From: an uncultured Chloroflexia bacterium
Lineage (GTDB): Bacteria; Chloroflexota; Limnocylindria; QHBO01
Direction of reading: 5' to 3'
Length of the DNA stretch: 64,000 nucleotides
Assembly: GCA_963822845.1 (NCBI GenBank)
Contig: CAWGIY010000004.1
Location: 218,850 to 282,849 of the forward strand
The notes beneath the pieces were generated by a model, which was given only the letters and a program-made list of their open reading frames with translations, was not told where the DNA came from and did no database searches. The translations under genes were made by a program, and so were the position numbers. Each line of letters begins with the position of its first letter. The first letter of the stretch is position 1. Shown here one piece after another: positions 10,884 through 20,833 of the stretch.

Positions 10884-11881
10884 ATGCCCGACGCCACCGT
10901 TCGCGTCGCCGTCACCGGCGCCGCCGGCCAGATCGGCTACGCGCTCCTCTTCCGGATCGCATCGGGCCAGGCCTTCGGCCCGGACACCCGAGTGGCGCTC
11001 CAGCTCCTTGAGCTGGAAGCGGCCCTGCCGGGCCTGGAGGGCGTGCGGATGGAGCTCGAGGACTGCGCCTTCCCGCTGCTCGACGAGGTGGTGACGACCT
11101 CAGACACCGATACGGCCTTCCGCGGCGCCAACTGGGCGCTGCTGGTCGGCGCGGTGCCTCGCAAGGAAGGGATGGAGCGCAAGGACCTGCTGAGCATCAA
11201 CGGCGGGATCTTCACCGGCCAGGGCACGGCCATCGCCCGGACCGCCGCCGACGACTGCCGGGTCCTGGTGGTCGGCAACCCGTGCAACACGAACGCGCTG
11301 ATCGGCTCCACCGCTGCCGCCCGCGAGGGGATGCCGAAGCGACCGATGGTTCGCGATGACCATGCTCGACCAGAGCCGAGGCCGATCGCAGCTGGCGGCG
11401 AAGGCCGGCGTGCCGGTGCGCGAGGTCAGGGACGTCGCGATCTGGGGCAACCACTCCTCGACCCAGTTCCCCGACGCCTGGCACGCGACCATCGGCGGCC
11501 GTCCCGCGCCGGAGGTCATCGACGACGAGGGTTGGCTGAGGGGCGAGTTCATCGCCAACGTCCAGCAGCGCGGCGCCGCGATCATCAAGGCCCGCGGCCA
11601 GAGCTCCGCGGCAAGCGCCGCGAACGCGGTCATCGACACCGTCCGCGAGGTCGCGCGCCCGACGGGCGAGCAGTTCAGCGCCGCCATCTCGGCGCCGGCA
11701 GCGGGGCGGCTACGACGTCCCCGAGGGCCTCGTCTTTGGCTATCCGCTGCGCGCGACCGCGCCCGGAGCCGTCGAGATCGTGCAGGGCATCGAGCACGGC
11801 GAATTCGCGCGCGAGAAGATCGCGACGACGACCAACGAGCTGCTCGAGGAACGCGCCGCGGTCGAGGAGCTGCTGGCGTGA
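10884..11881 (+). pseudogene. mdh: malate dehydrogenase (NAD), reading frame broken by two +1 shifts (near 11340 and 11705)
   Basis: RBS aggaga then ATG 10884. Frame 0 gives [19 protein letters not shown]…[10 protein letters not shown]…MPK. Frame +1 gives [13 protein letters not shown]…[12 protein letters not shown]…AISAP. Frame +2 gives [17 protein letters not shown]…EELLA* with TGA at 11879-11881. Each junction needs one inserted base (aagCgac; a gggg run). Confidence 0.7.
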
Positions 11882-13185
11882 CGACCGGCTCGCCGGCGCG
11901 CACGGACGCGGCCAGCCTCCGCATCGGTGCGGAGGAGCTGGACCTTCCGATCGTCCGCGGCACCGAGGGCGACGACGCCGTCGACATCGGCAGGCTGCGG
12001 AGCGAGACCGGGCTGATCACGCTCGATCCGGGCTACGGCAACACCGGAGCCTGCACGAGCGCCATCACGTTCCTCGACGGCGAGGACGGGATCCTGCGCT
12101 ACCGGGGCTACCCGATCGAGCAGCTGGCCGAGCACTCGACCTTCCTGGAGGTCGCCTACCTGCTGATCTGGGGCGAGCTGCCGACGCGCGAGCAGCTGGA
12201 TCGGTTCGTCACCGAGGTGACGCACCACACCCTCATCCGTGAGGAGATGCGCCACTTCTTCGACTCCTTCCCGACCGACGCGCACCCGATGGCGGTGCTC
12301 GCCTCGGGCGTGGTCGGCATGAGCACCTTCTACCCCGACAGCCAGAACATCTTCGACGACGACGCGGTCGAGATCACGATCAACCGCCTCATCGCCAAGC
12401 TGCCGACCCTGGCGGCCTGGTCGTTCAAGAAGGCGATCGGCCAGCCGTACGTCTACCCGCGCAACGACCTCGGCTACTCGGCCAACCTGCTGCACATGAT
12501 GTTCGCGGTGCCGACCGAGGAATACGAGATCGACCCGAAGGTCGCGGAGGCACTGGATCTCCTGCTCATCCTCCATGCCGATCACGAGCAGAACGCCTCG
12601 ACGTCCACGGTCAGGTTGGTCGGCAGCACGCACGCCAACCTGTACGCATCCATCAGCGCCGGCATCAGCGCGCTGTGGGGACCGCTCCACGGAGGCGCCA
12701 ACGAGGCGGTCATCAACACCCTGGAGCGCATCGTCTCCGACGGCGGGAACGTCCAGAAGTGGGTCGATCGCGCCAAGGACCCGAACGACAGCTTCCGGCT
12801 CGCCGGCTTCGGGCATCGGGTCTACAAGAACTTCGACCCGCGGGCGGAGATCATCAAGAAGGCCGCGGATCGGGTGTTGAGCGCGACGGGCGCCGACGAC
12901 GCGCTGTTCGAGGTCGCCCAGCGGCTCGAGGAAGTCGCCCTGCGCGACGAGTACTTCGTCAGCCGCAGGCTGTACCCGAACGTCGACTTCTATTCCGGGC
13001 TCATCTACCGCGCCATCGGCTTCCCGAAGAATATGTTCACCAACTGCTTCGCCATCGGCCGCCTGCCAGGCTGGATCGCCCAGTGGCAGGAGATGATGGC
13101 CGCGGAGGAGACGAAGATCGGTCGCCCACGGCAGGTGTACATCGGCCCGCCGACGCGCGACTACACGCCGATCGACCGGCGGTGA
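11878..13185 (+). CDS. gltA: citrate synthase
   Basis: GTG start at 11878 overlaps the mdh TGA (GTGA). 436 aa. Motifs [40 protein letters not shown]…DPR. Confidence 0.9.
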   Translation: MTTGSPARTDAASLRIGAEELDLPIVRGTEGDDAVDIGRLRSETGLITLDPGYGNTGACTSAITFLDGEDGILRYRGYPIEQLAEHSTFLEVAYLLIWGELPTREQLDRFVTEVTHHTLIREEMRHFFDSFPTDAHPMAVLASGVVGMSTFYPDSQNIFDDDAVEITINRLIAKLPTLAAWSFKKAIGQPYVYPRNDLGYSANLLHMMFAVPTEEYEIDPKVAEALDLLLILHADHEQNASTSTVRLVGSTHANLYASISAGISALWGPLHGGANEAVINTLERIVSDGGNVQKWVDRAKDPNDSFRLAGFGHRVYKNFDPRAEIIKKAADRVLSATGADDALFEVAQRLEEVALRDEYFVSRRLYPNVDFYSGLIYRAIGFPKNMFTNCFAIGRLPGWIAQWQEMMAAEETKIGRPRQVYIGPPTRDYTPIDRR

Positions 13186-13222
13186 CTCGGCTGCGCGAAT
13201 TCGTAGCCGCGCGGGTTACGAA

Positions 13223-13633
13223 TTGGTCGTGACCGATGCGGCCCTCACACCGGACGAGGTCAATGCCGCCTACGGGTGGGCCGGGTGGCCGCAGCGCGAG
13301 TCGTGGCGGTTGGAGGCAATCGCCCGGAGCAGCACCTGGCTCGCCGCCCGCGATCCGGACGGCTCACTGATCGGGGTGGCGCGCCTGCTCGACGACGGCG
13401 GGCTCCACGCAAGCCTGTGGGACGTCATCGTCCGCGTCGACCGGCGCCGACGGGGAATCGGCACCGCCCTGGTGCGTGCCGCCCTCGACCGATGCACCGA
13501 TCGGCGGCTCGTGGCACTGGTCAGCACGCCCGACGCCGTGCCATTCTTCGCGACCATGGGCTTCCTCGCCGAGTCGCACGGCCATGTCGCGATGTACCTG
13601 CGTCCTCCAGGCGACGCAGGGCACTCGCACTAG
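13223..13633 (+). CDS. GNAT-family N-acetyltransferase
   Basis: 136 aa with TTG start. Acetyl-CoA binding motif VRVDRRRRGIGTALV. Confidence 0.65.
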   Translation: MVVTDAALTPDEVNAAYGWAGWPQRESWRLEAIARSSTWLAARDPDGSLIGVARLLDDGGLHASLWDVIVRVDRRRRGIGTALVRAALDRCTDRRLVALVSTPDAVPFFATMGFLAESHGHVAMYLRPPGDAGHSH

Positions 13634-13636
13634 CCG

Positions 13637-14401
13637 ATGCGTCTCACGATCCTCGGCAGATCTCCGGCCTCGCCGAATCCGGGCGAGGCCTGCGCCGGCT
13701 ATCTCGTCGAGGGAGGCAGCGCCCGGGTGCTCGTCGACATCGGTCCCGGCGTGGTGGCTCAGCTCGTGCGCCGGCACCATCCCGACGAGCTCGATGCGGT
13801 GATCATCAGCCACATGCACGCGGACCACATGCTCGACCTCGTGACCCTGCGCTACGTCTACCCCTGGCGCGACCTGCCGGCCGACCAGCGCCTCCGCGTC
13901 TTCCTGCCACCGGGGTCCGCCGACCAGATGCTCGACCTGGCAAAGGGCGTCGGCAACGCGAAGCACTTCGAGGCCTGCTTCCGCCTCGCCGAGCACGACG
14001 GCACGTCGGCCCTCTCGTTCGACGGAATGACGCTGACGCCAGTGCCAACACAGCACTACATCCCGTGCTGGGGATTCCGCGCCGAGGCCGATGGTCGCCG
14101 CCTGGCGTACACCGCTGACACCGCTCCGTGCGGTGGCCTCACGGACCTCGCCGATGACGCCGACCTGCTGCTCTCGGAGGCGACCCTGCGATCACTGGAG
14201 GAGGACGCCTCGCCGCCCGAGCCGCGCGGGCACCTCACGCCCGCGGAGGCGGGCGAGGCGGCTCGCGACGGCGGGTCGCGGCGCCTGATGCTCACGCACA
14301 TGCCGGTGAACGGCGACGGATCCTGGGCCCGCACCACGGCTTCCGAGGCGTTCGAGTCCGAGGTCGAGATCGCCGAGCCATCGCAGACCTACGAGATCTG
14401 A
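13637..14401 (+). CDS. MBL-fold metallo-hydrolase
   Basis: 254 aa. The HMHADH motif lies in a beta-lactamase fold arrangement, with a C-terminal His (LTHMP). Confidence 0.8.
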   Translation: MRLTILGRSPASPNPGEACAGYLVEGGSARVLVDIGPGVVAQLVRRHHPDELDAVIISHMHADHMLDLVTLRYVYPWRDLPADQRLRVFLPPGSADQMLDLAKGVGNAKHFEACFRLAEHDGTSALSFDGMTLTPVPTQHYIPCWGFRAEADGRRLAYTADTAPCGGLTDLADDADLLLSEATLRSLEEDASPPEPRGHLTPAEAGEAARDGGSRRLMLTHMPVNGDGSWARTTASEAFESEVEIAEPSQTYEI

Positions 14402-14405
14402 CGGG

Positions 14406-14858
14406 TCACGCCTCGAGACGCGCTCGGGCGATCCATCGGTCTGCGGCCCAGGTGGCCAGGGCCCAGACCTGCGCCAGGATGACCGCACCGACGGCGAGCG
14501 CGGCGGCACCGAGCAGTGCGCCGGCGCCGGGGATCGCTCCCTCCATGACCAGCGCAACGCCGACGACGAACACGAGCACGAGTCCGATCATCACCAGCGC
14601 GATCTTGGCGGCGGTGAGCATGAACCAGCCGAGCGAGTGGCCCTGCGCGCGACCGGCCAGCCACAGCACGCACGGTCCGGCGGCGCCGGCGAGGGAGGTG
14701 TAGATCCCGAAGGGGCCGAGCAGCGCGTCGACGCCGAGCCGCTCCCCGCTGACGAACCACACGAACAGCCACGCCGCCAACAGGGTCGACAGCGCACCGA
14801 CACCGATGAGCCACACGAGCAGCAGCGTGGCCGTCCCGCCGGACAGCCGTTCGATCAT
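14406..14858 (-). CDS. hypothetical integral membrane protein
   Basis: The tail of ORF 14406..15641, starting at MIERLSGGTATLLLVWLIGV. Three to four predicted TM helices. The start could instead be a GTG near 14921, overlapping the upstream stop. Confidence 0.45.
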   Translation of the reverse strand: MIERLSGGTATLLLVWLIGVGALSTLLAAWLFVWFVSGERLGVDALLGPFGIYTSLAGAAGPCVLWLAGRAQGHSLGWFMLTAAKIALVMIGLVLVFVVGVALVMEGAIPGAGALLGAAALAVGAVILAQVWALATWAADRWIARARLEA

Positions 14859-14917
14859 CTCCCCCTGATCGGTCTCGACCACCTCGGTCGGGCCGTCCTC
14901 GCGCGGATGCTCCTCGG

Positions 14918-16069
14918 TCACTGGGCCGATGCGACGAATGCCTGCTCGAGGTCCGCTCGCAGGTCGTCGACGTTCTCGATCCCAACCGACAGCCGCACGA
15001 GCGCCGGCGGGACCGCCAGCGGCGAGCCGGCGACCGAGGCGTGCGTCATCGGTGCCGGAAGCTCGATCAGTGACTCGACCGCGCCGAGCGACTCGGCCAG
15101 CGTGAAGAGCCGCGTCGCGCCCACGAACCGACGCGCGCGCTCCTCGTCGCGTAGCTCGACCGAGAGCATCGCGCCGGGCAGGCGCATCTGGCGCTCCACG
15201 AGCGCCGCCGCGGGATGGTCCGGCAGCCCGGGGTAGTGGACGGTTTCGACCTCCGGCCGCTCGCACAGCCACAGGGCCAGCACCAGCGCATTGGCCGATG
15301 CGCGCTCCATGCGGAGCGCGAGCGTGCGCAGGCCGCGCATGACGAGGAAGCAGTCGAACGGGCTCGGGACCGCACCGGCCGCGTTCTGGTGGAACCGCAG
15401 CCGCTCGGCCAGCTCGTCCGAGCGCGTCGCGATCAGGCCGCCCACCACGTCGGAGTGCCCGCCGAGGTACTTCGTCGCGGAGTGCAGCACGAGGTCGGCG
15501 CCGAGCTCGAGCGGCCGCTGAAGGTACGGCGTGGCAAACGTGTTGTCGACGACCGTGAGCGCCCCCGCCACCGCCGCGAGGCGAGCAACCGCGCTGATGT
15601 CGATCACCTTCATGAGCGGGTTCGACGGCGTCTCGATCCACACCAGTCGTGGCGGCTTCTCCGCGTTGAACGCGGCCGCCACGGCGTCGAGGTCGCGGAG
15701 GTCGAGCGGATCGGTCTCGACGCCGTACCGGCGCCAGACCTTGTCGGCGAGCCGCCAGGTGCCGCCGTACACGTCGTCGCTCATCAGCAGCCGGTCGCCG
15801 GGGTCGAGGAGGTAGCCGACCGCCTGGGTCGCAGCCAGGCCGGAGGCGAATGCGAGCCCGTGGGTCCCGCTCTCGAGCGTCGCGATGGTCGATTCCAGGG
15901 CCGCGCGGGTCGGGTTGCCGGAGCGCCCGTACTCGAAGCCGCCGCGCAGCCCGCCGACGCCGTCCTGCTTGAAGGTCGTGCTCATCTGGATGGCCGGGAC
16001 GACCGCGCCGGTCTCCGGATCGGGCTCCGCACCGGCATGGACGGCCAGCGTCTCGAATCGGTCGGTCAT
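14918..16069 (-). CDS. metB: cystathionine gamma-synthase/gamma-lyase family PLP enzyme (trans-sulfuration)
   Basis: 383 aa. Cys/Met-metabolism PLP family: SGNPTR, …SATKYLGGHSDVVGG… (PLP-lysine region). Confidence 0.9.
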   Translation of the reverse strand: MTDRFETLAVHAGAEPDPETGAVVPAIQMSTTFKQDGVGGLRGGFEYGRSGNPTRAALESTIATLESGTHGLAFASGLAATQAVGYLLDPGDRLLMSDDVYGGTWRLADKVWRRYGVETDPLDLRDLDAVAAAFNAEKPPRLVWIETPSNPLMKVIDISAVARLAAVAGALTVVDNTFATPYLQRPLELGADLVLHSATKYLGGHSDVVGGLIATRSDELAERLRFHQNAAGAVPSPFDCFLVMRGLRTLALRMERASANALVLALWLCERPEVETVHYPGLPDHPAAALVERQMRLPGAMLSVELRDEERARRFVGATRLFTLAESLGAVESLIELPAPMTHASVAGSPLAVPPALVRLSVGIENVDDLRADLEQAFVASAQ

Positions 16070-16101
16070 GGGCGGCTCATTCTGTCATGTCGCGCGTGAC
16101 G

Positions 16102-16137
16102 GCAGGAGGCCCGCCGGCGGACCGGCGGGCCTCCTGC
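16102..16137 (-). terminator. perfect 16-bp stem / 4-nt loop hairpin between the S8 peptidase 3' end and the metB start
   Basis: GCAGGAGGCCCGCCGG-cgga-CCGGCGGGCCTCCTGC, read directly from the sequence. No U-tract (common in high-GC genomes). Confidence 0.5.
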
Positions 16138-16163
16138 ATCGGTCTTCGATTGTCGGCGTGCGC

Positions 16164-19100
16164 CTACGGCTCGACGGTCTCGATGATCACGTCGTTGCGA
16201 CCAACGAGGAAGCCGTCGCTCGTGCGAATCTCGACGTTCCCGTACAGGACGCGGCCGTCGGCCGGCTCAGCAAGCGCGGTGATGTCGGCCGGCACCGTCC
16301 AGGTGGCGCCGGTCGCACGGAGCTCGCTGGTATCGGTCACGTCGATCGTGCCCTGCGGCTGCGTGCCTCCGGCCCCGGTCGTGAAGACGTCGATGTACTC
16401 GTACGTCGTCGTTCCCGCCGGCACGTTGAAGCCGTCGACGACGACGACCCACACGCCCGGCCTCAGCTGCGCCGGGTTCACCGTCACCGACTCTTCCGAG
16501 TCGCCGTCGGCGCTCTGCCCGCGGTTGTTGCAGCCCGCGAGCGTGTCCGGATTGTCGGTCGGGTCCGCGCAGTCGAACACGAAGAGATCGAGGTCGGCTG
16601 CCGGATCACTCGGGCTCCCGATCGTCGCCCGGAACGAGTTGACCCCCGTCGGGAGTGTCACCGAGTTCTGCTGCACCTCGGTGTCGGCGATCGTCGGCGT
16701 GTCGAGCAGCGCGCTGCCGAGCGTGCTGTCCACCGCGCCACCGGTGAAGGCGGCGAAGTGGTTCGTGACCTCGTACTCGCGCTCGATCGCCAATCCGAGC
16801 GTCGCCGACGCGATCACGTCGGGATCCGGCTCAACCGTGGCGCCCAGGATCGTGGCCGTGATCGAGAACGGGACGTTGTCGGCGTCCGACGTTCGCCGCG
16901 CGTCGACCGAGACCTCCCACACGCCGGGCAGCGGGTCGAAGACCGTGCGGCTCGTCACCGACTCGCCGGTGGCACACGTGCCGGGGTTGTAGCAGTTCGA
17001 GACCGCGTTCGACTCGAACGGGAGGCCCCATGGTGTCCAGCGCAGGAACCTGATCTGCCCTGCACCCGCTGCGGACCCTCCGCCCGTCATGTCGACCCTG
17101 AAGGCCGGCGCGCCCTCGGGCACGCTGAAGAAGTAGTGCAGTGTCTGCGCCCGGTCGATCGTCCCGGACTTCGTCACCGTGAACCCGGTATCGGCCGTGA
17201 GCTGGTCCGCCGCGATGACGGTGTTCATCGCGAAGTAGTCGATCCCGACGGTGCCCGGATCGTCCAGGCGAAGGATCGCCGAGTGCGCTCCCACGCTGCC
17301 CGGGGTGACCGTCACCGGGAACGACACCATGCGGTTCTTCGGAAGCGCCACCGAGGCGGCCGACGAGAACGTCCCGTCGTTGCCGACCCAGCTGACGTTG
17401 TACGTCTTCATCCCGCTCGGACCGGTGGTCCGGCGGAACGAGTAGGTTCGGGGGTACGAACTGCCGACCTCGACCCCCTCGCGGTCATGGATGCCCTGGC
17501 CGACGTCGGGAGTGGCCAGGAAGTCTGACAGGGCGGTGTTCACCGCCACCGATCCGTTGATCGTGACGGTGCCGATGTTCTGGCGCAGGAGGTCCCACGC
17601 CGCGTTGACGTCGAGCAGGCCGACCCCCTGGTCGTATGCCTGGAACCGGGTACCGGTCTCCGGGTCGTCCTCGACCAGGAACTCCGCCGAGGACATCAGC
17701 GCCTGGCGGATCTGGGCGGGCTTGAACTGGACACCCGGCGTCTGCTTGGCCGCACTCACCAGGAGCGCACCGACGCCGGCGGCCTGCGGAGCGGCCATCG
17801 ACGTGCCGTTCGCCAGCGTGTAGCCCGGCGGCAGCGGCGGAACGTGCTGGATCCCGGGGACCTGCTGCCAGAGCGGAGTGGTGCTGATGGCGGCACCCGG
17901 CGCCACGGCGCTGGGCTTGAACCCGCCATCCTCGCGCGGCCCGCGCGAGCTGAAGTAGTGCAGGTTGTGCTGGAACGGCGTGTTCACGCCGTAGTCGGCG
18001 AACATCGTGTCGTCGGTCAGGTAGGCGCCCATGCCCATGACCGTCCCGCACAGGCCGGGATCGCCGGCGGTGTTCAGCCCCGGACCGCTGTTGCCGATGG
18101 ACATGAACATCTGAACCTTGCGATTCTCGATGAGCCGGTCGTACAGGACGCACCGAGTGTTGTTGCCGTCGTTGAGCGCCGGCAGCCCGCCGATGCTCAT
18201 GTTGATGACGTCGACCTTCTGCTTGGCGACGTAGATCATCCCCTCCATGAGCGCGTGAGTCGTGCACCCGGTAACGAAGAGGCAGGCGCGCGACGAGATG
18301 ATCTTTGCTCCCGGGGCGGCCCCGCTCATGTCTCCGCCGAACAGCGAATTCCCGGCGGCGATGCCGGCCACGTGCGAACCGTGGAACGCCGACACGATGC
18401 CGATGTTGACGAACTTGTTCGGGTTGTCGATCTGGACGACGAACGGCATCCGCTCGGCGATCGCCGTGGCGGGGTTATCGGTCCCGAAGTAGCCGACGTC
18501 GTGCCTGACCTTGTAGTTGGTCATGCGGGTCTGGTCGGCGAAGCTCTGGTTCTGGTTGGTGTCCACCCAGACGCGGTTGTTGTTCTCGCTCCACAGCACG
18601 GCGAAGATACCGCTGCTGCCGGCCGGGTTGCCGTCGCGGTTGACGTCGTTGCCGACCTCGCCCCCGAGCCGCGAATCGCGCTCGTTGAAGAGGCCGATGC
18701 GATACGAGCCCGAAGCCGGGGCCGTGTACGTCACCGACTGGAACGTGAACGTCGCGCCGCTCACCTGGGCCGACATGTTGACCCACGTCGGATCCGAATC
18801 CGTCAGCGGGTCGGTCCCGGTGACCCAGTCGATGATCTTGCGCTCGCCGGTGCTCGTCGTCGTCAGGCTCGGGTGATCGAGCGAGATGCCCGAGTCGACG
18901 ATGCCGATCGTCACGCCGCGGCCGTCCCACTCGGGATGCGCCGCCAGGAACGCGGCGGCGCCGGTGTCCTGGATCGGCATGTACGGGTTGGCGTTCGGGG
19001 TGGTTGCGTCGGGCGGCGGTCGGTTGGCGGCCGCGGCGGCGCCCTCCGGCGTCGGACTCGGAAGCGGCACGACCTCGTCGAGGTCGACGGCTTCGACGCT

Positions 19101-19427
19101 GGCGGCCGACGCGACGCCGAGGACCTTGCCGGTCGGAACGTCCGCGCGGATGTAGCCGAACTCGGCGTCGCGGTAGCGGACCTTCCCGCCGGCGGCCACG
19201 ATCGCGGCTTCGGCCTGCGCAATCGCGCCTCCCTTGGCGGCGACGAGGATCGTGACGGTCTTGCGGCCTTCGACCTCGGCCTTCGCCAGGAGCTGCTCGT
19301 CGTGGAGCCCCAACCGCGGTTCGGTTGGGTCCACGGCCAGCGCCATCGTCGGCAGCATGGCCGAGACGACGAGGACCACGATGAAGCCGAGCGCGAAGCC
19401 GCGCCCGGCGCGCCGGTGCTGGGACAT
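16164..19427 (-). CDS. S8-family (subtilisin-like) serine peptidase, large secreted multidomain
   Basis: 1087 aa. Signal/TM N-terminus. Catalytic triad motifs VDSGISLDHPSL (Asp), FHGSHVAGIAAG (His), ANGTSMAAPQAAGVGALL (Ser). Confidence 0.9.
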   Translation of the reverse strand: MSQHRRAGRGFALGFIVVLVVSAMLPTMALAVDPTEPRLGLHDEQLLAKAEVEGRKTVTILVAAKGGAIAQAEAAIVAAGGKVRYRDAEFGYIRADVPTGKVLGVASAASVEAVDLDEVVPLPSPTPEGAAAAANRPPPDATTPNANPYMPIQDTGAAAFLAAHPEWDGRGVTIGIVDSGISLDHPSLTTTSTGERKIIDWVTGTDPLTDSDPTWVNMSAQVSGATFTFQSVTYTAPASGSYRIGLFNERDSRLGGEVGNDVNRDGNPAGSSGIFAVLWSENNNRVWVDTNQNQSFADQTRMTNYKVRHDVGYFGTDNPATAIAERMPFVVQIDNPNKFVNIGIVSAFHGSHVAGIAAGNSLFGGDMSGAAPGAKIISSRACLFVTGCTTHALMEGMIYVAKQKVDVINMSIGGLPALNDGNNTRCVLYDRLIENRKVQMFMSIGNSGPGLNTAGDPGLCGTVMGMGAYLTDDTMFADYGVNTPFQHNLHYFSSRGPREDGGFKPSAVAPGAAISTTPLWQQVPGIQHVPPLPPGYTLANGTSMAAPQAAGVGALLVSAAKQTPGVQFKPAQIRQALMSSAEFLVEDDPETGTRFQAYDQGVGLLDVNAAWDLLRQNIGTVTINGSVAVNTALSDFLATPDVGQGIHDREGVEVGSSYPRTYSFRRTTGPSGMKTYNVSWVGNDGTFSSAASVALPKNRMVSFPVTVTPGSVGAHSAILRLDDPGTVGIDYFAMNTVIAADQLTADTGFTVTKSGTIDRAQTLHYFFSVPEGAPAFRVDMTGGGSAAGAGQIRFLRWTPWGLPFESNAVSNCYNPGTCATGESVTSRTVFDPLPGVWEVSVDARRTSDADNVPFSITATILGATVEPDPDVIASATLGLAIEREYEVTNHFAAFTGGAVDSTLGSALLDTPTIADTEVQQNSVTLPTGVNSFRATIGSPSDPAADLDLFVFDCADPTDNPDTLAGCNNRGQSADGDSEESVTVNPAQLRPGVWVVVVDGFNVPAGTTTYEYIDVFTTGAGGTQPQGTIDVTDTSELRATGATWTVPADITALAEPADGRVLYGNVEIRTSDGFLVGRNDVIIETVEP

Positions 19428-19644
19428 GGTGTCTCTCCCTCTCAGTTAGTGCTCGGAGGTTGCTCGGGCACATACCGGGTCCCTGGAGCGCTGCTCGGCG
19501 CGCCAGCGGGCACCACGACCGCAACTGTAGCGAATGTCAACCGCCGATTGACAGTCCCGCCGACCGCGCTGGTGCGGCGCCGCAACCCTTTCCGGCGGCC
19601 GGCGCAAGCGTCCACCGCGGCACCGAATCGGGCCAGCGGGTCAC

Positions 19645-20349
19645 ATGAAGGGGTCGCGGCTTGCGGCAGGTGGGATGATCCCGCTGATGCCCGAGCGCGC
19701 CGAAGCCCGCTTCGCGACCGGCCTGCTGCTGCTGGCCGATATCAGCGGCTATACGTCGTTCCTAGAGCGCGTGGCCGAGGCCCATCCCGACATCGCGGCC
19801 GGCGTCGTGCCGGTTCCGCCGGCCTATGACTTCATGATCACCCTGCTCGACGTCGTCGGTGACGGCCTACAACCGACGTTCCTGCCGATCCAGACGGAGG
19901 GAGACGCGGTGTTCGCGGTGGCCGATGCCGACGCGGTGACGAATCGCGGACACGAGGTGATCGCCACCATCGGCTCGACGTATGTCTCGTACCACACCCG
20001 GATCGCGGAGCAGCAGCGCATGCAATCCCACGAGTGCAGCGCCTGCGTCCTCCTTCCCACGCTCGAGCTGAAGTTCATCGTTCACGCCGGAACCTTCGTC
20101 GTTCAGCAGCTGCCGACGCGAACGCACCTGGCGGGACCGGCGGTGAACCTCGCACATCGGCTGTTGAAGAACCGCGTGACCGACGAGACCGGCATCCGCG
20201 GATACGCGCTGTTGACCGATGCGGCGCTCGAGCTCCTCGGGCTGGACCCGTCGGACGGCACGAGCCACTCGGAGACCTACGCCGACGCCGGCGCGGTCAG
20301 CGGCCGCGTCTTCGAACTGTCGAGGCCGGCGAGCCCGACCGCCGCGTGA
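19645..20349 (+). CDS. conserved hypothetical protein (DUF2652-like)
   Basis: 234 aa with no strong motif. Called on ORF integrity and position only. Confidence 0.4.
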   Translation: MKGSRLAAGGMIPLMPERAEARFATGLLLLADISGYTSFLERVAEAHPDIAAGVVPVPPAYDFMITLLDVVGDGLQPTFLPIQTEGDAVFAVADADAVTNRGHEVIATIGSTYVSYHTRIAEQQRMQSHECSACVLLPTLELKFIVHAGTFVVQQLPTRTHLAGPAVNLAHRLLKNRVTDETGIRGYALLTDAALELLGLDPSDGTSHSETYADAGAVSGRVFELSRPASPTAA

Positions 20350-20366
20350 CCGCCGCGTGACCGGCG

Positions 20367-20798
20367 TCAGCCGGTCACGCGCTCGGGATCAGCCGTCACG
20401 TCGCCAGCTGGCGTTCGGCTCGTCCGCCACAGCCGCATCGAGTCCAAGGCGACGATCGCCGCAGCGACCAGGAGGAGGAACCCGTTCACGGGGTGGAGCG
20501 CCGCCACCACGGGTGCCGAGTCACGCTGGAGGACGAGGATGGTCTGCAGGAACAGCAGCGCCAGCAGCCCGACGCCGGCGAGCGCGCGCCACCGTCCGTA
20601 ACCGGCGACGACGGCCGTCACGAGCAGGATGACCGGCAAGATCTCGAGGAGATGGCCGAAGTCACGATGCGTGGCGAACGAGCTCGCGTCGTCGAAGATG
20701 CCCATCCCCGCCAGGAAGACCTGCACGAGCAGGCCGACGACGAGCAGCCACGCGGCGATGAGGTGGATCAGTCCGGCGATGCGCTGGGCCATCGACAT
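20367..20798 (-). CDS. hypothetical membrane protein
   Basis: 143 aa, four hydrophobic segments. Confidence 0.5.
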   Translation of the reverse strand: MSMAQRIAGLIHLIAAWLLVVGLLVQVFLAGMGIFDDASSFATHRDFGHLLEILPVILLVTAVVAGYGRWRALAGVGLLALLFLQTILVLQRDSAPVVAALHPVNGFLLLVAAAIVALDSMRLWRTSRTPAGDVTADPERVTG

Positions 20799-20833
20799 CC
20801 TCCGTCAGGGATTGCGAGGGAGCATAGGCCACG

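Noticed and set aside
15885-19829. 547-aa and 661-aa + strand ORFs opposite the S8 peptidase
   Set aside because: Mirror-strand artefacts of the 1087-aa S8 gene, which has an intact catalytic triad. Extreme Arg/Gly/Asp composition.
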